64,000 nucleotides of DNA, taken from contig OX597820.1 in assembly GCA_951406725.2 (NCBI GenBank), positions 19,840,001-19,904,000 on the forward strand, given 5' to 3'. Below, piece by piece: positions 1 through 64,000 of the stretch. The translations under genes were made by a program, and so were the position numbers. The notes below the pieces were generated by a model. That model saw only the letters and a list, made by a program, of their open reading frames with translations, ran no database searches and was not told where the DNA came from. Positions within the stretch are counted from its first letter, which is position 1. Each line of letters opens with the position of its first letter. The DNA is from Octopus vulgaris (Eukaryota).

Positions 1-2405
1 TGAAGGCAGCGAATTGGCAGAATCATTAGCACATCGGACAGAATGCTTAGCAGTATTTTGTCTGTCTTTACATTCTGAGTTCAAATTCCGCCAAGGTTGA
101 CTTTGCCTTTCATCCTTTTGGTGTCAATAAATTAAGTACCAGCTGCGTACTGGGGGTCGATCTAATTGACTGGCCCCCTTCCCCCAAATTTCAGGCCTTG
201 TGCCTATTAGTAGAAAGCATTATTACTCGTTTTTAACAACCCTGATTATTTATAAATTCTATGACTTGTTGACATATTTCCATGACAAAACTTATTAAAC
301 ATTGTTCAGCTGGTCTGTTAAACATGTTAAAAGAAATAGCAAGCTATATATATTAAGTCAAAAACAGTTATGGTAATACAATGACAAATAGAAAAATGCT
401 TGGTACAGCTCTTCATCTGCCATCTTGGTTCAATTTTCACTGTGATTATTAAACAGACCTTGATGTTACTGGCATTGTATATCGGGTTAATCTATAGTAT
501 GTTGATTATAAATAGTTTAACCAAAATATTGAAAGTGTTAGCTGTGTATATAAATAAAATCATGACTAAAAGAAATTAAATTCTAAGCTATATCAAAGGT
601 CTGAGGTTAAAGTTTATTTTCATTTAAAATTTTAAAGTGTTCTGATAGTTTTAATTAGTATTTAAAAGTCATTAAGCAGTTTATTTGAATATCTGCTGCA
701 TTATGAGTTGTTGATGTTCTTGGGTTTTTTTCACCGCTTCAACGAACAAGGGTTCAACAAAACTCAGTTGCACAATATTCTTAGTTGGATATTTTGCTGT
801 GTAGTTTGATCTCAGAATCCAGAAGTATCCAAGATTTGCAGACCTATTTTGCAAACAGTTGTGGTCTCTTGTCATTTGGGGTAGATTGGACCTGGATCTA
901 TGCAGGGCATTTTTCTCCTTCAGGGTGTTGATCCAGTTGTCTTGATGTCAAAGATGGCTTGATTGCAAAAGCTTCCTCACTGAACCCTGTTCAGTTTTTC
1001 TAATTCCCATGTATTCAAGTTTATAGGTTTAAAGTGTTATGAGCATTCTAATATTCGTATAGCTTCTCCTTATCCAATTTAGAAAACAAGGTATTATAGG
1101 ATTTATATATAAATCTTTTCACACATTGCTTTCTAAAATCTCTTCTCCTTTGTTTCATATGGTATGTTTAAATTGACTGTTTGATTAATCCTGGTGGCGG
1201 CAAGTTCAAAAGAAGGTACGCCTGAATAAAGAACTCAATAAATAATCCCGAGAGTGAATAAAATATCTAATCTATAATTAATAGTCTGAGAATATATATT
1301 TTGTTTTACCTGTGGCTCAGGTGAAACAAAATATATTTTGTCAAACTAACAATTATAAATTAAATGTTTTATTTAATTATTCAATATTTTATAAGGTCTG
1401 CCTGAGAATCTACTGACTTTGCATTTTTCATCATGAAATTGAACTGAATTCAATACACTCAAACATCTTGTGTATTCTATAGAAGCATTGATACAAATCA
1501 CCGTTGTTATTCATAAAAGAATAGCAGTAATGTTGTGCTCTATTTTTTGTTAACAAAATTTAATTGACAACACAAATGCACACATTTTCTTTGACACTAA
1601 ATTAATAGCTATAATCCGCGTATAAATTGTCTATTTTGATTATTTAGTTCAGAAAAGTTTTTTTTTAAAATTTCACATATTTTGAGAGAATAATTTCTTG
1701 GGAGGTGCTATTTAACTAACATTTTGTACATCTTACCCAAATTTTTTTTGGCTTATTTATAGAATTGAATAAAATTAATGGAATGTCTTGCAATATTTTT
1801 TTTGGTGTTTGATCCTACAAATGCGAAAGCTTTACCTTTTTTTTAAACCAGAAATATGTATGCTTGAATGGACTCACAAATATGGATTGTATTTCAAAAT
1901 AAAGTGTGAATGATGCACTGAAGATAAAACAACTTTTTTTTTATATTTTGTTGACTGATTATTTTTTTGTCTTCTTTATTGATCTTTTATCTTTTTCTTG
2001 TTTCCATCATAAGATCGTGGCCATGCTTGAGCACTGCCTTGAAGTTCTTTTTTAGCAAAATGAATCAACCCCGTATTTATTCTTTTGGTGTCTTTTGCCA
2101 AACTGCTAAGTTACGAGGATGTAAACACACCAGACAGAGATAAAAGGGGGACAAACAAACACACACACGTATACGATGGGATTCTTTCAGTTTCCATCTG
2201 CTAAATACACTCACAAGGTTTTGGTTGGCCTAAGGCTGTGGTATTAAGACACTTGTCGAAGTTGTCATGCAGTGAGACTGAACCTGGAATCATGTGGTTG
2301 GGAAGCAAACTTCTTACCATATAACCATGCCTGTGTCTATCATTTATCTTTTACCTGTTTCAGTCATTAGATTGTGGCCATGCTGGGGCACCACCTTGAT
2401 TTTAG

Positions 2406-2507
2406 AAATATAGAATGCTTCACAAATTTGCTTGTCATCCTTGCACAGGGGCCATGCTGATCTTTTCTTGCATACCAGTTGTAGTATATGTATTGCCAAA
2501 GTAATAC
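2406..2507 (-). pseudogene. RNU6: U6 snRNA pseudogene (full length, diverged)
   Basis: Minus strand reads GTATTACTTTGGCAATACATATACTACAACTGG...AAGATCAGCATGGCCCCTGTGCAAGGATGACAAGCAAATTTGTGAAGCATTCTATATTT, colinear with metazoan U6. The ACAGAGA box is degraded and many CpG-type substitutions are present. Confidence 0.85.
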
Positions 2508-2856
2508 TATTCATTGATTTGTTTTAGTCATTTGACTATGGCCATGCTGGAGCGCTGCCTTTAGTCAAACAAATCGACCCCAAGACTTATTCTTTGTAAG
2601 CCTAGTACTTATTCTATCAGTCTCTTTTACTGAACTGATAATTTACACACCAACATCGGTTGTCAAGCGATGGTGGGGCACAAACACAGACACACAAATA
2701 TATATATACATATATATGTATATATGTGTGTTTATATATATATATGTTTATATATATATATATATAGGGAGAGTTCACGAAAAAAACAAAAGACGAAGAC
2801 ATGTGGCGTACAAAACAAACTGATGTATTAGTATAACGCTCAGGAATTGAAAAAGT

Positions 2857-2892
2857 CTTTTACGTTTCGAGCCTACGCTCTTCTACAGAAAG
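2857..2892 (-). ncRNA. hammerhead-like motif in a Penelope-type terminal repeat; second copy 40923-40958
   Basis: CTTT-CTGTAGA-A-GAGC-gtag-GCTC-GAAAC-GTA-AAAG; the core has A6 changed to T. Confidence 0.45.
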
Positions 2893-3049
2893 GGACACAG
2901 AAAAAAACAAGGAGAGAAAAAAAATGTGTGTAGTGGCTACCGATCTATCATGGCAACTGTTTATATATATATTTATATATATGTATATATTTATATATAT
3001 ATTTTTATATATATATATTTATATATATATTTATATTTATATATATATA

Positions 3050-3095
<46 letters not shown>

Positions 3096-3166
3096 ATATA
3101 TTTAGATATATATTTATATATATGTATGTATATATATATATATCCTTATATATATTTATATATATA

Positions 3167-4070
3167 CAGATGGGCTGAGGATAATAATATGCAGTTTAAT
3201 GCTGAAAAATTCCAGACCCTGTACTATCAGCATCCAAAACTGAATATTAAACTTACAGGGTCCACCAGTCCACAGGGAATTTCAATCCCAGAGCCTAAGT
3301 CTGTGAGGGACCTGCGTATCAACATGAGTGATGATACCTCTTTCCAAGTGCACATTACCATGATGGCGACAAAGTGCAGACGATTGGCTGGATGGATCCT
3401 ATGAACATTCAGAACCAGAGATAAGGAAACTATGATGGTCCTCTGGCAGACATTTGTCCTCAGCCGCCTGGATTACTGCTCACAGCTATGGTCACCCACC
3501 AGTGTGAAATTAACAGCGGACCTTGAAGCAATCCAGAGAAGATTCACAAAGAAGATCGTCTCTTTGCAACAGCTCAGCTACTGGGAAAGGTTGAAACAAC
3601 TAAGACTCTACTCCCTGGAGAGAAGATAAAAGAGGTATGCAGTAATATATATCTGGAAGATCCTGGTAGGAATTGTGCCAAATTTTGGCATTGTAAGCTA
3701 CACCAACGCTAGAACGGGATGACACTGCATTGTGCCAAAGATCCCAGCAATGCCATCATGCTTCAGGACCAGTTACTGCAACAGCCTGGGTTTCAAGGTT
3801 CCACAGCTTTTTAATATTCTCCCAAAGAGTCCGAGGATCTTGCACAAAGTAGATGTAGCGGTTTTTAAATCAAAGCTGGACCTCTTCCTGTCGAGAGTCC
3901 CAGATGAACTGACCTCACGGCAAGAGGTGCAAATGTGGGTAGCTATGTCAAACTCCATTCTTCACCAAGTGCCACATATTAGAGGAGGCTCATAGTAATA
4001 ACAGTGTAGCACAAAACGGCGGTGCATCAGCATGGCCACAGCTCCGAGCTGAAACTAACAGAAAAAAAAA
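3167..4070 (+). mobile_element. 5'-truncated CR1-clade LINE (post-RT region and 3' UTR)
   Basis: Interrupted frames [44 protein letters not shown]; a second copy of the tail at 4128-4232. Confidence 0.85.
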
Positions 4071-4085
4071 TCCTTATATATATTC

Positions 4086-4130
<45 letters not shown>

Positions 4131-4245
4131 AAGTGCCACATACTAGAGGAGGCTCTTAGTGATAATAGTGTAGCAAAACGACGGTGCATCAGCATGGCCG
4201 CAGCTCAGCTGAAACTAAAGAGAAAAAAAAAATATATATATATAT

Positions 4246-4332
<87 letters not shown>

Positions 4333-4494
4333 CTGGTGAGTGTGTTAAATCATAGGGCACAAAAAGAAAATGACTCTCCCCAGACACAACAGAATATGTT
4401 TCAACACACGAACTCATATAAAGAATCTTGCAAACCAAATCCAAAAACGAAAGGCAAAAAACTTTTAACACAATTAGTTTTCTTAAAATGTATC

Positions 4495-4500
4495 TTTATT
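4495..4500 (-). promoter_or_regulatory. candidate polyadenylation signal AATAAA
   Basis: AATAAA on the minus strand about 155 nt after the stop; AT-rich context makes chance matches likely. Confidence 0.3.
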
Positions 4501-4653
4501 TTTACGTAATTTTATACAATGCTTTTAGAAATATACATACATATATATATATATATATATAGATAGATAAAATAATGGTTTTTGTTTCTCATTAATGATC
4601 ACAATGTTTTTGATTGATAGTACTGTGCTTTTCACAAATGCTGATCCTCTGTT

Positions 4654-61082
<56,429 letters not shown>

Positions 61083-61779
61083 CTGAATAAAAGAAAGGAA
61101 GAAAGAGAAAATGGAAAGGATTAACAGAAAAATCTAGGGTTTTTTTTGTTTTTTTTCTTTCAGTCATTAGACTGTGGCCATGCTAGGGCACTGCCTTGAA
61201 GAATTTTAGTCAAATGGATCAACCTCCAATACTTATTTTTTTTGTTAAGCCTGATACTTATTCTATGTGTCTTTTGATGAACTGCTAAGTTAGGGTGACC
61301 TAAACAAACCAACACCGGTTGTCAAGCAGTACTCTTTTACTTGTTTTACTCATTTGACCGCAGCCATGCTGGAGCACCACCTTTAGTTGAACAAATTGAC
61401 CCCAGGACTTATTCTTTGTAAGCCTAGAACTTATTCTATCGGTCTCTTTTGCTGAACCGCTAAGTGACAAGGATGTAAACACACCAGCATCAGTTGTCAA
61501 GCGATGATGGGGGACAAACACAGACACACAAACATATACACACACACATACATACATACATATATATATACACATATATACGACAGGCTTCTTTCAGTTT
61601 CTGTCTACCAAATCCACTCACAAGGCTTTGGTTGGCCTGATGCTATAGTAGAAGACACTTGACCAAGGTGCCACGCAGTGGAACTGAACCCGGAACCATG
61701 TGGTTGGTAAGCAAGCTACTTACCACACAGTCACTCCTGCACCTACTGGGGATAAATACAGACCAATACGCTTACACAT

Positions 61780-61814
<35 letters not shown>

Positions 61815-62003
61815 TTCGTGCATGTGTGCACGCAAGCACACATGTGCACACATGCACACAAACACACCCACACATGATAGGGGTTTTTTTCTGTTTCTGT
61901 CTACCCTACAAAATTTATTCGCAAAGCTTTGGGCAGCCAATAGCTTTAACCCTTTTGTTACTGCATTTGTTAAAAGCTGGACCTAAGAAGCATCAGTTGT
62001 GGT

Positions 62004-62852
62004 GTGCAAGAGAGACGTTTGCGCTGGTATGGTCATGTGGCGAGAATGGATGAAGATAGTTGTGTGAAAAAGTGCCACACCCTAGCGGTTCAGGGAACCT
62101 GTGGAAGAGGCAGACCCAGGAAAACTTGGGACGAGGTGGTGAAGCACGACCTTCGAACTTTAGGTCTCACTGAGGAAATGACTAGAGACCGAGACCTCTG
62201 GAAGTGTGCTGTGCGCGAGAAGACCCGGCAGGACAAGTGAGTCCATAACCCGTGGCCTTCTACATGGGATGGAGCCGGCCTACGTATGCATACCTTCCCT
62301 TCTTGGGACACAAAACTCTACTTGTGAAGACGTGTTGAGGCAAGTGAGGATCAGAATCGAAATCGATCAATGGAAATTGCGGATGTGCTACCAGTGCCGG
62401 TGGCATGTCAAAACTCTGCTTGTGAAGACCCGTTGAGGCAAGTGAGGATCAGAATCGAAATCGATCAATGGAAATCGATCAATGGAAATTGCAGATGTGT
62501 TACCAGTGCCGGTGGCATGTAAGAGAACTTTCCGTTTCGCGACCGTTGCCAGCACCGCCCCGTTTCGTGTCCGTTGCCAGCCTCACCTGGCCCTCGTGCC
62601 GGTGGCACATAAAAAGCACCATCCGTTCGTGGCCGTTTGCCAGCTCTGTCTGGCACCAGTGCGGGTGGCACGTAAAAAGCACCCACTACACTCACGGAGT
62701 GGTTGGCGTTAGGAAGGGCATCCAGCCGTAGAAACACTGCCAGATTTGACTGGGCCTGATGAAGCCTTCTGGCTTCACAGACCCCAGTAGAACCGTCCAA
62801 CCCATGCTAGCATGGAAAACGGACGCTAAACGATGATGATGATGATGATGAT
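62004..62852 (+). mobile_element. RTE-clade LINE 3' fragment: ORF end plus long 3' UTR with (GAT)n tail
   Basis: RRLRWYGHVARM...GRGRPRKTW...DRDLWK is a typical RTE C-terminus; the UTR ends in acgctaaac(gat)n. Confidence 0.88.
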
Positions 62853-62931
62853 GCTCTATGTTTCTTTCAATTATTTCTTTCACACACACACACACACAGA
62901 AAGGAAATATGCACATACAGACAGAAAGAGT

Positions 62932-62973
<42 letters not shown>

Positions 62974-63069
62974 GACAGAGCGATTACAATTTATCAATTG
63001 AACATGACTGACATAAACGCTTTCTCTCTCCTCATAAGCATAAAGAGAAATGTGCTCAGACACATAATG

Positions 63070-63330
63070 GAGGAGAGAGAGAGAGAGTGGGGGATAGGAG
63101 AGAGAGGGTGGGGGTAGGAGGGAGAGGGTGGAGAGAGAGGTTAGGAAAGACAGAGGAGGTAAGAGAGAGAGGGCGGGAGAGAGAGGGTGGGAGAGAGAGG
63201 GTGGGAGAGAGGGTGAGGGAAAGAGAGGAGTTAGGAGCGAGAGAGAGGAGGTAAGAGGGAGAGAAAGAAAGGGGTTTGGAGAGAGAGAGAAGAGATAAGA
63301 GAGAGAGAGAGAGAGAGTGGAGAGTGAACA
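63070..63330. repeat. polypurine (GA/GGA) low-complexity tract
   Basis: directly visible. Confidence 0.8.
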
Positions 63331-64000
63331 GGAGAAACATTGAAATGTCTGATGTCAAACACATCAGTGCCGAATCAGCAATGCCGAAGAGGCTGTGCCA
63401 AAATGTCTCATATAAAAAATAATTGCTCCTACAAACAACAGAAAAGACCTTATAACCTTTGAACAGGCAAATCAAATATTTACACAATTCACCCTATTAA
63501 AACACTGTTGCTTATTAGTATTAATAGTATTAATTCTCAAGAATTCTTAATATTGGTCCCATTCTTTTATTCTTTTACTTGTTTCAGCCATTTGACTGTG
63601 GCCATGCTAGAGCACCACCTTAAAGGGTTTTAGTTGAAGAAACCGACCCCAGCACTTGCTCTTTGTAAGCCTAGTACTTTTTGTAATGGTCTCTTTTACT
63701 GAACTGCTAGGTTACAGGGACATAAACACACCAACATCGGTTCTCAAGCAATGGTGTGGGGACAAACACAGACACAAAGACACACACACATAAATACATA
63801 GACGCACACATATACGATGGGCTTCTTTCAGATTCTGTCTACCAGACCCACTCACAAGGCTTTGGTTGGCCAGTGGCTATAGTAGAAGACACTTGCCCAA
63901 GTGGGGATTGAACCCGGAACCATGTGGTTGGGAAGCAAGCTTCTTACCTGTGTCTATGTTAATAAAATTAAAACTGAATAAATATTCAATAATAAATCTC

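Noticed and set aside
63340-63430. Possible upstream exon of the gene
   Set aside because: An acceptor-like site exists but no frame gives the expected MAM N-terminal CxF..C.W or DHT motif; the preceding exon probably lies beyond 64000

Overview
AT-rich, repeat-dense eukaryotic DNA. The SINE, LINE and microsatellite landscape looks like a coleoid cephalopod (octopus-type); this is from recognition and was not verified. Almost none of the supplied ORFs are real genes. The window holds the 3' part of one large minus-strand gene that I assembled by hand from 27 exons (61082 down to a TAG at 4654). The joined CDS is 3089 nt, about 1028 aa, with matching phase at every junction. It encodes partial MAM-LDLa-MAM-LDLa-MAM-LDLa-MAM, a Thr-rich stalk, LDLa-LDLa-EGF, a transmembrane helix and a tail with two NPxY motifs, i.e. 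a MALRD1-like type I membrane receptor whose 5' end lies beyond the window. The gene has one GC-AG intron and a duplicated stalk exon. Introns and the 3' flank contain several SINE families, CR1, RTE and Dong/R4 LINE fragments, Penelope-like remnants, mariner fragments, piggyBac- and hAT-like MITEs and Helitrons. The most notable non-coding signals are: about a dozen minimal hammerhead-ribozyme motifs of Penelope type (two at the centre of long palindromes, one with a G3/C8 swap); a full-length U6 copy fused to a SINE/LINE 3' tail; a SINE-LINE shared tail; a (TAA)n-targeted Dong/R4 hotspot; and a precise head-to-tail Helitron dimer.
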